Shown here: one piece after another, positions 36,901-48,483 of the stretch
How positions within the stretch are numbered: position 1 is the first letter of the stretch
Layout: the number at the start of each line of letters is the position of its first letter
Made by a program: the position numbers and the translations under genes
Source of the DNA: Oopsacas minuta
Taxonomy: Eukaryota; Animalia; Porifera
Reading direction: 5' to 3'
Assembly: GCA_024704765.1 (NCBI GenBank)
Contig: JAKMXF010000317.1
Coordinates: 124,001 to 188,000 of the forward strand
DNA: 64,000 bases
The notes under the pieces: generated by a model
Databases searched by the model: none
The model's input: only the letters and a program-made list of their open reading frames with translations
What the model was told of the DNA's origin: nothing

Positions 36901-39900
36901 CTAATTCCTGTGTTTCATGTTGTGAATATGCCAACTAATTTGGACTCGTAAACTATTAGCAATACTTTGTTGTATTAATGCCATAAAATGAGAAGATGCT
37001 TCATCTGAAGATAGATTTGGCGTTAATACATCTTTCAGATATGCAATATCACTCTCATTGCGTAATTCAGGCATTCCAGTATATTTCATCATTGTAAAGA
37101 GAGTAATAAACAAACTAGAATGTTTTCGAATAATTTGGTAAGCATCGACACACACTTTGGTAAAATATTTAAAATTATCACAACCATCTCCGCCTAGAAC
37201 ATGTATGAAATCTGGTGTAAGAATAAAAGGAACGGGTTCCCTATCAATGCCGAATTTCTTTTTACGGTTACCCAAAAAATGTCCGAAATCAATATGAAAC
37301 AAATTACCGTCTTCACAAACCATAATGTTGTCATTATGCCTATCTCCGATTCCCAAAATATAAGTAGCTACGCAATAACCTGCGCAAGAGTACAGAAATT
37401 TCTCTTTGGCCTTGTTTAGTTGTTCTTCTTCAGGGTTTAAATTTTGCAGCCAATTTAAAAGCACTTCTTTTTGAAAAGCTTCCAAAATATTGACTTTGGC
37501 TTCCCTCTGAATGTTGCATACAGTGACAGCACATTGTATAATTTCTATTATTCCCTCTTCAAATCCAGTAGAGAGGCAGCCATAAGGTATAAGGTGTAAA
37601 TCTAATCCATTTACCAACCAAATATTCTCCATTATTCGGAGCATTTGAATGATAAGCATATCTTGCCGTAGATCATCTCCAATTTTAACCAGGATCTTAA
37701 TATTAGTAAATTTGCTGAACGAATCGTTATTAAGGAACTCCAGCCATAAAGGCTTTTTCTTCGAATCCATAATTTTGACTTTAGAAACATCAACTTTATT
37801 AACAGATACAAGGGGATCATAAAAGGGGCAGAATTTTTCGGGAAGTTGAATTTGGGAAATATGATTGCGTATGTTTTCAACAGTATTAACCGTATCGTCG
37901 AGGAATTGAAAATTATACATCACTTTCCTATAGTTTTCTGTTACATTTTTAATAAAACTGACTTGTGAACTTAAACAGGATAGTAATTCGGAATCACAAC
38001 CTTTCAGGTACGCTTCTAATAAGATAGAAAATCTTTCTCTATATTGGCACGTTTCTATCTCAGAACGTAAATACCAAAAATAATAATGCCCAAATACTCT
38101 ACAAGATAGAGCACGGTCTAGAAGTAGCTGGGACAACGGATTATCGTGAAAGCATTCAAATTTGAGAACTTGAACTAGTTGAGGCAAATATAGGATAAGA
38201 TCGCCATTTTTCATCGATTCAAGATACTTTGCTCCTAAATTTCTGACTTTCGCATCCGCGAATGTATAGCTCAATAAATTTAGAGCAATATCCAGAGTAA
38301 TTGGAGACCATCTGGAAAGTAAGTAATGACATTGTCCAATTTTGACAGGATCAGCCCAATTAATACTAAGTAGGTACATTGGAAGGGCGTAAGGCCTCTG
38401 GCTACAATAAAATGAATATTTTTGGAGAGTATCTTTTTCAGCACTTGTTAGAGTAGAAAAATAACCCTTTGATAATATACTTTCAATAATACATGACTCA
38501 GCTCCTGGATCTAATTCAGGAGCAACAGTTTCATCAGTAAAAGAATCTATACGATATTTACATTCTACAGGATGTATATAGTCATCAAATTCTAATATTA
38601 GGATGGCAGATTTTGAATTCTCTGGGTTAATAGTAGGAGATCCTGCAGTCTTTAAGTCAACACCGCTTTTCGCCCCATATAAATAATTTAAATCTGCATT
38701 GTTATTTCGGTTGTTTATTTCATCACTTGGCCATAGATCTAATTTCTTAATCCCAGTCTGGAGAATTTCTCTGTAATCAAATACCTGAAAATTTACAGAT
38801 GACAAGATAATATCTTTTGAAACTGTTGGGCAAGGTAAGTTTTCAGAATGCAAGACATTCTGATATTTTTCGCAAGTTCCTTTTAACCTAAAGTGTATGC
38901 GTGCTTCTCTTGGCAGATTTCTAGCGGGAATGCAAAATTGTGTCCATTCATTCCATCTTGGGTAATCAGAAATCGCCACATTATTAGTTCGTTTAGATTC
39001 GCACAATAAAATCCCCCCATGCAATAGAAAAATTTCCATATATATATATGTGATGCCAGGAACAAAAGTGTGTAGATGATCAATACCATAAATTCGAATA
39101 CGAAAAAAATTTGGAATCTGATACAATGCAATATTGGCAACCTGAGAATGATGTTGTTCAGCTGAACTCTGGACACCAGAAATATTTGGAATATTCTCTT
39201 CACTAATATTGCAAGTTGAAGGAGAAAATGTAAAATTTTCTTTTGGTATTGCAATAAATTCAAGTATATTTTTTTCATTAATAATAGTTTTTTGTATACA
39301 AGAAAAGTATAATAGAGGTTCCTTTCCGTGTAAAAAGTTTACCTTATGAAAAGTACGAAGGACAAATTGTTTGGAAGTAATTGTAGGTAAACCAAGTTTG
39401 TCAAAAAATTGTTCCAAAAGTATGTCTGGTGAAACAATATGTAAATTTATCTCCAGAATCTTTGTTCTGTAATCATTGTATACCTTAACATGACGTATAC
39501 AAGGTGTGCTATCAAAGAGATCGATGGTATTTGTAAATATTGGCATTTGAAAACAATATGGATCCCTCTTTTGAATCGATCTTTTTCGAATATTATCAAA
39601 CTTTCTTCGAGAAAAAGATATTTCGCTATTGTTTGTCAGATCAAAATTGTACAATCCAAAGGAGATAAGTGAACCAATAATTTGATCAGAGCGCCTTAGT
39701 TCATCAGAAATAGCGGTTTTCTCGATTAAATGTAAGTGTAGAGATTGATCATAGAATTTAGATGTTACTTCGTTTAACGTAGATAAAACAATGGATTCAT
39801 CGTAAAGTTCAAAATAAGTATTTGATATTTTATAAGTAAGCATGAGTTTGTCGTGTGATATACTCTCGGAATTTTGAGACGTATTCATACGACAAAATAC

Positions 39901-40842
39901 ATACTCACGTAACCAGGTCCTAATTCGACCAACAGTATGCGATTTTAGACATTCCAAGAATATAATTTCAAAATTACTGAAAGGCAATGATATGGGAAGA
40001 AAAAAATAATCCACAAGAAAAAAATCCGTCAAGTAAAAAAGAGGTTTAGAAGCCACTTTATGTTCAGGCAATATTAAGTTGTATTGAATAAAATTAGTAG
40101 GCGAAAAATGTCCAACAAAATCATGGGATGAGAATTTGGGGGACTGTGAGTAATATGTATTGGAGGTGTTAGGAATACTAGCAGTGGAGCATTGTGAAGT
40201 AGTATCGCTTTGAGAATCGAAATAGAGTAACGGCAACTTAACTAATCCGATATCAATTAAACTTTTATGTAATGTATACATCGAGAAATGGTCACCAAAA
40301 GATTGTGAGGTAGAGATTTCATGTGAATGATCAGAACAATATAAATTAGAACTAGAATTGCTGGAACTGGGTAGTACAGATTGTGATATCCCAGCCAAAA
40401 AAGTGATTTCACATTTGCTTAGGAGAAAATTAATCTTGCTATCTTCTCGATTCGGTATTGAATATTGCGCAGGATAGGAGCATTCTTCAATTTCGTCTAT
40501 ATCCACACATTTAAACAAGTTACTTTGTAACCATAATTCGATTTTGCAGTTAGAACGGAGCATTTCTGAAATGTAGGGATCGAATTCCAATATAAGATCC
40601 AAGTTAACCACGGATTGAGTGCAAGAATCTAAGACCATAAAATCTTCGGATTCAGTGAATAAACCTTCATGATATAAAAGATTGATTTTTCTCTCTCGTT
40701 CTAACCTTGAAATCAAATCTTCAATAAAATCTCGTAAATAAAAATGTTTGGGCAAAATAGAACCAGGGAATTCCTGACCATCAGGAAAGATTAAAGTTAT
40801 TGTCCGATAATCAACTGCCCTAGAATCAGGGGAAAAATCCAT
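36901..40842 (-). CDS. PIK3CA-like: Class I phosphoinositide 3-kinase catalytic subunit, 1313 aa, intronless
   Basis: ABD-like (ELYDES), RBD-like, C2 (PRWNEW..NLPREARI), helical (YLPQLVQVLKFE) and kinase (VKIGDDLRQD, GIGDRHNDNIM, HIDFGHFLG) regions. Polybasic activation loop NRKKKFG indicates class I. Exact paralogue not resolvable. Confidence 0.95.
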   Translation of the reverse strand: MDFSPDSRAVDYRTITLIFPDGQEFPGSILPKHFYLRDFIEDLISRLERERKINLLYHEGLFTESEDFMVLDSCTQSVVNLDLILEFDPYISEMLRSNCKIELWLQSNLFKCVDIDEIEECSYPAQYSIPNREDSKINFLLSKCEITFLAGISQSVLPSSSNSSSNLYCSDHSHEISTSQSFGDHFSMYTLHKSLIDIGLVKLPLLYFDSQSDTTSQCSTASIPNTSNTYYSQSPKFSSHDFVGHFSPTNFIQYNLILPEHKVASKPLFYLTDFFLVDYFFLPISLPFSNFEIIFLECLKSHTVGRIRTWLREYVFCRMNTSQNSESISHDKLMLTYKISNTYFELYDESIVLSTLNEVTSKFYDQSLHLHLIEKTAISDELRRSDQIIGSLISFGLYNFDLTNNSEISFSRRKFDNIRKRSIQKRDPYCFQMPIFTNTIDLFDSTPCIRHVKVYNDYRTKILEINLHIVSPDILLEQFFDKLGLPTITSKQFVLRTFHKVNFLHGKEPLLYFSCIQKTIINEKNILEFIAIPKENFTFSPSTCNISEENIPNISGVQSSAEQHHSQVANIALYQIPNFFRIRIYGIDHLHTFVPGITYIYMEIFLLHGGILLCESKRTNNVAISDYPRWNEWTQFCIPARNLPREARIHFRLKGTCEKYQNVLHSENLPCPTVSKDIILSSVNFQVFDYREILQTGIKKLDLWPSDEINNRNNNADLNYLYGAKSGVDLKTAGSPTINPENSKSAILILEFDDYIHPVECKYRIDSFTDETVAPELDPGAESCIIESILSKGYFSTLTSAEKDTLQKYSFYCSQRPYALPMYLLSINWADPVKIGQCHYLLSRWSPITLDIALNLLSYTFADAKVRNLGAKYLESMKNGDLILYLPQLVQVLKFECFHDNPLSQLLLDRALSCRVFGHYYFWYLRSEIETCQYRERFSILLEAYLKGCDSELLSCLSSQVSFIKNVTENYRKVMYNFQFLDDTVNTVENIRNHISQIQLPEKFCPFYDPLVSVNKVDVSKVKIMDSKKKPLWLEFLNNDSFSKFTNIKILVKIGDDLRQDMLIIQMLRIMENIWLVNGLDLHLIPYGCLSTGFEEGIIEIIQCAVTVCNIQREAKVNILEAFQKEVLLNWLQNLNPEEEQLNKAKEKFLYSCAGYCVATYILGIGDRHNDNIMVCEDGNLFHIDFGHFLGNRKKKFGIDREPVPFILTPDFIHVLGGDGCDNFKYFTKVCVDAYQIIRKHSSLFITLFTMMKYTGMPELRNESDIAYLKDVLTPNLSSDEASSHFMALIQQSIANSLRVQISWHIHNMKHRN

Positions 40843-41020
40843 AATGAATAAAATTCTAATTGGTTAAACAAACTAAAGGTATATTCATAAAAAGACAAAT
40901 CGAAAATGCGAAAAATTAGGTTTCTGGAAAGAAGGATAAATGTCGCCCACTAATTTTAGTAGGAAGGAAAAACTAGTCCAATATCTATACTATTAAAACC
41001 CAATTAATATATATATATAA

Positions 41021-41470
41021 GGCATTAGTCGGTCCTGTTAAACAGGATTGCGATCGCGACCTCGATCTTAGCTGAAATTATGATCGGCGATCCCGATTAA
41101 GATCCTTATTTCAAAACGATCGCTGTCCCGATCTCGATCATTTTTCCGAGATCGTTTGTGCAATATTCAAGACATATTTTGATAGTTACATTATTTCTTA
41201 TGCCCAAAGAAAGATAGGTGAACAATCAACGCATTCTACCTACGAATATTACTGATTGTTGAACAAAAATTTGGAACAATTACCTAATAATAAAAATTCT
41301 AATGATAGTAGCATTCAATGTATACAAAATGATCGAAATCTTTTGTGCCAAAAAGGATCGCGAGCTTGCATCCGATCCTTAATACAGCAATTATCGCCAG
41401 TCGTCGCCAGATCGTAAAAAAGTATTGCGATCGTGATCGAGCGATCAATGATCGTACGATCCTAATGCTC
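41021..41470. repeat. GATC-rich dispersed element; related sequence at ~63640-63772
   Basis: About 18 GATC in two terminal clusters. End motif gcattagtcg.tc matches the reverse complement of 63758-63771. Confidence 0.6.
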
Positions 41471-41501
41471 TATAAATATATATATATATTTATGATATAT
41501 A

Positions 41502-41910
41502 CAGTGCTGAGCTCTACTAGAGCACAGTTTCCCTCCATATTTGTGGTGAGTATAATTGAATATATAATAAGAGGGCTTTGTCAATTTAGTATTTCGGTTT
41601 CTTGTTGACGGGACTTTGTTTCGATTAATTGATCATGCCTCCTAATTGTGGTTATGTGTTTATTAAGCAATTTAATGTGGAGCTTGTATATATCATTCAA
41701 AAGTTGTTGATCATTCTGTTTCATTAGCATTGTTGTTAAGATCATTGTCTAATAACCTGCTGCCGGTTAGAACCCCACGCCTGGATTTACTATTTCATCT
41801 GTAGAATACCTAAATTGAAAAATTTAACTTGACTCTACATATTTTCCGTGATTTCAATACGCGTAACACTAATTTGGGCAAAAGCTGTGCTCTAGTAGAG
41901 CTGAGCTCTA
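41502..41910. mobile_element. ~410-bp MITE
   Basis: 24-bp TIR G(T/A)GCT(G/C)AGCTCTACTAGAGCACAG, 22/24 match. Confidence 0.75.
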
Positions 41911-43110
41911 AATATATTATCTCATATATATACGTATATATATGTATTAGCCCAGAATTGTTTGAAGAAACTGGAGGACCTCCAAGGCTGAATTTTGGCA
42001 TACAGGGGATCTTGGGAGTGGGTCGGGTAAGTTCGAGTCTTGGACAAGATTCACACCTATAACGAAATTATGACGTAATTGTCACCTTTTTGGATTTCGA
42101 AAATCGCATTATTAACCACTTCTCAGCCAATATACATTATAGAAGTTTGAAAATTGAATCACAGATACCTCTCAATGTGGCAAATGTCCTGACGTCATGA
42201 TTCCGCCAAAGAGCTAACTCATCACGGGATTATTAGGTCAGCATGGCTGTATACAATATCCAAATTTCCAGAAATTTATCTGTTGGAAATGGTGTATATA
42301 ATGCAAATCTAATCTAGGATTTTACTGTAAAATTCATATTCGCCAGTATAAGTATTCACATATAAGGCCATGGAAAATAAATTACTTGTTTCTCAGCCAT
42401 TTTTTTCAGCGAAATAGGGGCGGGGGGCGGCATTTTATTTTTATTTTTTGCTTAGCTTAATTTTACTAATTTATTTAAACTATCTCGTTAATACGAATTC
42501 TGATCAGACTAACAATATTCGTACATAATCAGGTCCCTACAATCGTACTTCAATAGATATTACTCCGGTTTATGAACTCCGGAAAGGCGAATAAATTTTA
42601 ACCGTACGATCCGTTGGTGTTCGTATTAAGCTTACACTGTATATGGAAAAGCTAATATTCACTTCCTCTCTATAATCTGAATTATTGTACAATCGAAATA
42701 ATAATGATAAAAAATAATAATAAATAAAATTTAATGCACACCCCAGGGCTGATTTTTGCCATACAGGGAGGGGAATTTGGGCCTGACTCGGACAGGTTTG
42801 AGTCTTGGACGAAAATTCACACCTGACGAAATTATGATGCGATTGCCACCTTTTTGGATTTTTGAAAAAACACATGATTAGCCACTGCTCAGCGACCTAG
42901 CAAGCGAAGGGCGCTAGTGTTAAATAATTAGCTTGTTTCGAAGATGCTCATCTGCAAATATAAGTATTAAATACAGATATGTATTAATATAAAAAAATTT
43001 CCGAGGAGGGAAATTAAATGGGGCAGGCGGGGATGATAACCAAGTATATTATTTTATATGGCCTAAATACATAGCGAAATCCTAATAATCTTTCTAAATT
43101 TCTGAATTAA

Positions 43111-43833
43111 AACGATCGTGTACAAGTATTTACCAGTAACGGAGACTATCTCTTCATGTTCAGCGAGAAGATGAACAAACCTATAGGTATCTGTATATCT
43201 CAGAATATAGTGGTTGTTACACAATTATTTGGTCATTGTATTAATATGTACGAGTTAGAAGGGAAACTAATCAAGAGTGTTGGCAAGAAAGGGAATGGAG
43301 AAGCTCAGTTCTACCTTCCGCACGGACTAGATGCCTCTGATAGAAATAACAATGTGTATGTATGTGATGCCAGTAATAACAGAGTTCAAATCTTAACTCA
43401 AGAACTCAAGTTCCATTCCATGCTAGGAATAGATGTGTTTAAGTATCCATTTGACATAAAGGTTACTAGTGACAGATTATTGGTGTTAGATAGAAGTGAT
43501 CTGTGTATGTTTGTGTTCAATTCAGATCACGTTCTAACCAAAAGATTGATAACTAGAGGTGATGGCAAATAAACAAACAATCCATACTGTTTCGACATAG
43601 ACAGAGACTATAACATCATTATGAGTGACTACTGTAGTCACTGTGTGTACGTATTCAATCAGGAGGGAGAACAGATACACAAGTTTGGGAAGGAAGGTCA
43701 GGGTATCGGGGAGTTCTATTACCCATTTGGAATAGCACTAGACAACACAGGACACATTATAGTTGGGTGTCAGAAGAATACTAATTATCTACAATTCTTT
43801 GAACTTATCTTGCATTTAATTATTCATTCATAG
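43111..43833 (+). pseudogene. 5'-truncated NHL-repeat paralogue (copy 1)
   Basis: Homology to 44689/61533 starts abruptly at aacgatcgtg (43111). Premature TAA at 43570-43572; a 1-bp deletion removes the normal stop. Confidence 0.92.
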
Positions 43834-44688
43834 CTAATATTTTCTTTATACAATTCGTGTATAACTTTTATTCTTATTCTATTTCCTTATAATCTTCTAC
43901 AAATATCTTCTTATTCAGAGTTGCCTGTCACGCCAAATTTTCTGGGCTTAATGTGGTTCGACTGGACGACTTTCGGTCGCCTGAGCCTGTCCTTTTTTAG
44001 TTAGCCATATTTGTTCCACTAGCTAGTTTCAGCTAAATCGGTCCGTGTAAATATTTTGGACCTATCTATGTAGACTCTAGATTTATAATCAGTGGTGTTT
44101 GGGGGCCCGAGTATTTACGCCCCAAACTTGTTTTCTCAGGGGCCGTTTTCGCCGAGGACTTCTAAGGAAAGGCTTACTTGGCTTTTAGAGTTGTCTGTAC
44201 AGGTTTTATAGATTAAATTCAAAAGCTAGCTCCTATATGTTGTAATAGACCACCATAAGCCTCTAAACAGCGACACTTTGGGGTCAAAACCATTGTCCCA
44301 TTGTTCGTAATTGTTTGTTACGAGAGACACCATTAACCACTGTAGCTCTATTTCTAGGCACAATTGTCGCTCAGGTGTTTATCTTCATTTAGAATTGTTG
44401 ATAATTATAAGGCATGAATTAATATTATAATTAGAGCGGAGTCGCCGGAGTACATTCGAAGAGACGTGCCGCGCCTGGTTTATGCTGCTAAAAGAACCCC
44501 CCGCTTCCCTTCTAGTTATGAAATAACTAGTATTAGCTTATCTATAGCATGCACAGTCAAATAGCTCATGGTATAAATTTCATCAAATTCAATTAATATA
44601 GATTGTATAGTCTCTCAGTAATTGATATAATTATAACTATTCTATAGTAACTATTATTCAATTCGACAAAAGATAAATTTCTACACAA

Positions 44689-45933
44689 ATGGCTACTGCA
44701 GAAGTTGATTTGAATTTCATAACTCAGATAAAAGAGAGTAGAAAGAAGATTAGAGACTGTTTCAAGAAGTTGCATGAAGCTCTACAACTCAGAGAGAGTA
44801 TCCTCCTCTTTCATATTGATCAAATAGAGAATAATAACAATAATAAAACTCAAGAAATGAATTCATTGATCGAAGCTTTGAACAAAGAAATGGCGCAAGC
44901 TACAAAGACTCTCTCCGCTAACAAACTTGCTGAAACTCACAAACAAATTAATGAACTAACAGCTGAGACAGACAGTAGCATTGAGTTTGAATGGAACAAT
45001 CAATTCGAGACTGACATAGAACAGCTAGGGAGTATTAAGCTTAACAGTCAGACTACCATATCTCCCACCCGCAACTTCCCTCCTCAAGTGAAGCCTGTTG
45101 TACCTGACTACAACGCTAAACAGCTGCCTACTGCTTACTGCTGTAAGAGATCAGACAACAAAGCTCCAGGAGAACTGAACTGTCCCAGAGGTATAGCAGT
45201 TCTTAACCAAACTGGAGACATATACATAGCGGATTATTGCAACGATCGTGTACAAGTTTTTAGCTGTAACGGAGACTATCTCTTCATATTCAGTGAAAAG
45301 ATGAACAAACCTATAGGTATCTGTATATCTCAGAATATAGTGGTTGTTACACAATTATTTGGTCATTGTATTAATATGTACGAGCTAGAAGGGAAACTAA
45401 TTAAGAGTGTTGGTAGTAAAGGGGATGGAGAAGTTCAGTTCTACTATCCACTTGGCCTAGATGTCTCTGATAGAAATATCAATGTGTACGTATGTGATTC
45501 TTGGAATAAACGAGTTCAAATCTTAACTCAAGAACTCAAGTTCCATTCCATGCTAGGAATAGATTTGTTTGAGTATCCACGTGACGTTAAGGTTGCAAGA
45601 GACAGAGTATTGGTGCTAGATGGAAGTGATTCGTGTATGTTTGTGTTCAATTCAGATCACGTTCTAACCAACAGACTGATAACTAGAGGTGATGGCAAAT
45701 AAACAAACCATCCATACTGTTTCGACATAGACAGAAATTATGACATAATTATGAGTGACTACAGTAATCACTGTGTATACGTATTCAATCAGGAGGGAGA
45801 ACAGATACACAAGTTTGGGAAGGAAGGGCAGGGTATCGGAGAGTTCTATCGTCCATTTGGAATAGCACTAGACAACACAGCACACATTATAGTTGTTTGT
45901 GAGAAGAATGCTAATTGTCTACAATTCTTTTGA
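44689..45933 (+). pseudogene. Coiled-coil + NHL beta-propeller protein (copy 2) with premature TAA at 45700-45702
   Basis: About 93% aa identity to 61533..62777; CAA to TAA at codon 338; downstream frame continues to the homologous stop. NHL motifs PRGIAV..IYIADY.NDRVQVF. Confidence 0.92.
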
Positions 45934-47057
45934 TTCTTTTGACTTACAAACAATTAACAACATTATTCATGTATACAATTCTTGAATCACTCTCTGTACC
46001 GACATGAATTTACCAAATTTATTTTAGTGGATTATTGAAATTATATTTTCTACTAAAAATATCCATGTTAGCAAAGAAGTATAAAATCGAAATTAACATC
46101 CCTGTATATTCCTATTTAACAAGTGTAAGTTAACCTCTAGGATAATTTTGAAATGTTCACCAAAATGGTGTGAAATGATTAATCATATGATAAATGTGCA
46201 TATATATTACTAGAATGTATTGACCAATAGAATTGCAGTCTATGGTCAATACAAATACATTACAGTGCTAATTCCATTACATACACTCCACCAGAACTAA
46301 TTTTATGCATTTAAGCTTAATTATAAACCTACAATTTGATTCTGCTAAAATACAGGTGTCAAAAGTTGTGAAAATATATACATTATATATTTTTCAAATG
46401 TCAGGTACACAACTAGATGTCACGACGAGTATACATGCCAAATTTGGTGTCTTATTCTCTAAAGGTGTGAACAGCAGAGCGAAAACATATGAACATAAAT
46501 ACGTATATTCTAAGTCAACCATTTTAGAACTAAGCCACTATACTAATGTAATAGCATTTGTTAGTTTGTACAGTAAATTCAGAATTTATTTATTGACTAG
46601 CAGATTATACCTACAGAATGTAAGAATTATGGCAACATTAATGTTATTATGATTTCCTGGAATATCCTAAACAGACAGGTTGGTGGTGTTTTCTGTGGGG
46701 TAAGCCCCCACACCCCTCAACTCTACCAGCCACTGGAGATCCGCTTGTGGATTTGAAACAGATACAATACCAGGTTTAAGAGACTAGCGGGACATAAGGT
46801 ACTTATTTGTAAGACATCGCGGAGCGTAGCATACACATGTCAGTGTTGCAGCGGTCCGGGAATTTGATGGACCGGACAAGGCCGGTTCAGACCGATAGCA
46901 CAAACCTGGTCAATTCGTGTTCAGCCACCCTAAAGGCTCAGCATTAAATGGTTGGCTATCTCAATAGTGTTTATAATTTAATATATCCAGTGACATACTA
47001 TATACTAAATAGATAGTCATTAGCTTACGATTACAGGCTTATGTATATATCATGTAT

Positions 47058-47390
47058 ACACTGCAGTTAGAGACTTCGCTTGTCGTAACCATCAGGGGAC
47101 AAGAATGTTATTTATAATATAGAGACTTCATGTTAAGCCAAATTATTTGGTAGAAATTTATAGATTCAAAAGTCACTATAATTTCTTGAATGAAAATTCG
47201 TGGTCACAGGCGATGATTTGAGATTTTTATCCTATTCTAGCTTCGTATAAATTCCGTATGTATCGTTTGTACGATCGAGGATTATGAATAGTTCCTTACT
47301 GATGGACAGGCTCAGACCGATGGACCAGTCCAGACCATTAGCTCGCTAATTTGGACCTTCCAGACCGCCATTTTAGTGGAATCACGATGG
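47058..47390. repeat. ~330-bp direct repeat, also at ~60500-60830
   Basis: tacactgcagttagagacttcgct...ccattttagtggaat, ~93% identical. Confidence 0.92.
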
Positions 47391-47396
47391 GGGCGC

Positions 47397-48012
47397 TGCA
47401 TTAGGTCGAATTCCGTGTGTTGGCTTTAAGTCGAATTCGGATGTTGTGATTGATAAAATTTATTTTAGCTATGTTGTCGATAGATCGATATAGAAAATGG
47501 ATTTATAGAAACGAGGACATGATAGGACATTTTAATGTATTATTTATAACCCCGTACCATTGGGAGGGATTAGGGATTTTGTTCACTACCTTATCGGTTT
47601 GGAAGTTTTCATTTGTACTCGTTATTAAGCTACCTACGGGCGGGACGTGGAGTCCATGCTAATTTGTGTTTGGATGGACTTTTGTTGGATCAATTATTAG
47701 AAAAGTTTGCAAAATGGCGGATCGCTGGATTTTTGCTTTTCAAACGTTTGTGTAGGTTTTTTAGAATTTTAAGGAAGCATTCAGTGTTTCTCAAGATATG
47801 AATTGGCCTTTTAACAGAGATATTCATAGCTAAAATACATTCGCTCTATCGACAACATAGCTAAAATATAATTCGACCTAATGCATGCGCTCCATTAGAA
47901 CGAAACCTACTGTATGCAACTAGAATTCGACTTAATATAAACAAGAAATTCGACCTAATGCTCACACACGGAATTGGACCTTATACATACATATTACATT
48001 CGACCTAATGCA
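47397..48012. mobile_element. ~616-bp MITE with ATTCGACCTAATG sub-terminal repeats
   Basis: 15-bp TIR tgcattaggtcgaat / attcgacctaatgca; further copies at ~47872, ~47925 and ~47948; inverted ttttagctatgttgtcgataga block. Confidence 0.8.
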
Positions 48013-48483
48013 TACATATTAACACGTGTGCAACTATTGGTAAGGAATCATGTCTTGATTTACAAGGAATTCGCATCAATGAAATGCGGAGAGTATTCAT
48101 TAAAAATAAATTGATGCAAATTTCTAGGATTATATTGAATCCCGAGATTGCAAACCCTAGTTGGTATTTATTGAATGAATGAGTTACAATGCATGAAAAG
48201 TAGGAACATTATCAGTTCCAAGTATTGGGAATCATATAGTAATATGATGTAACATGCATTTTGCCTCCACTGTTTCTGCAATGTATCATTAATTCGAGTT
48301 TAACTCTTGGTTACATAAATGAGTTGGTAAAACCAACTCATTATTTTGGTGAGTTGAATGAATTGTAGCGGCAAAATTATTTTTTGTCAACTCAAAATCA
48401 GTTGATACAGCTACATTGCCTAATTCCACAGTAGTGCCATATCGAGTGCTGTGTATTCGATAGATAATTTACTTGCAATTGTG

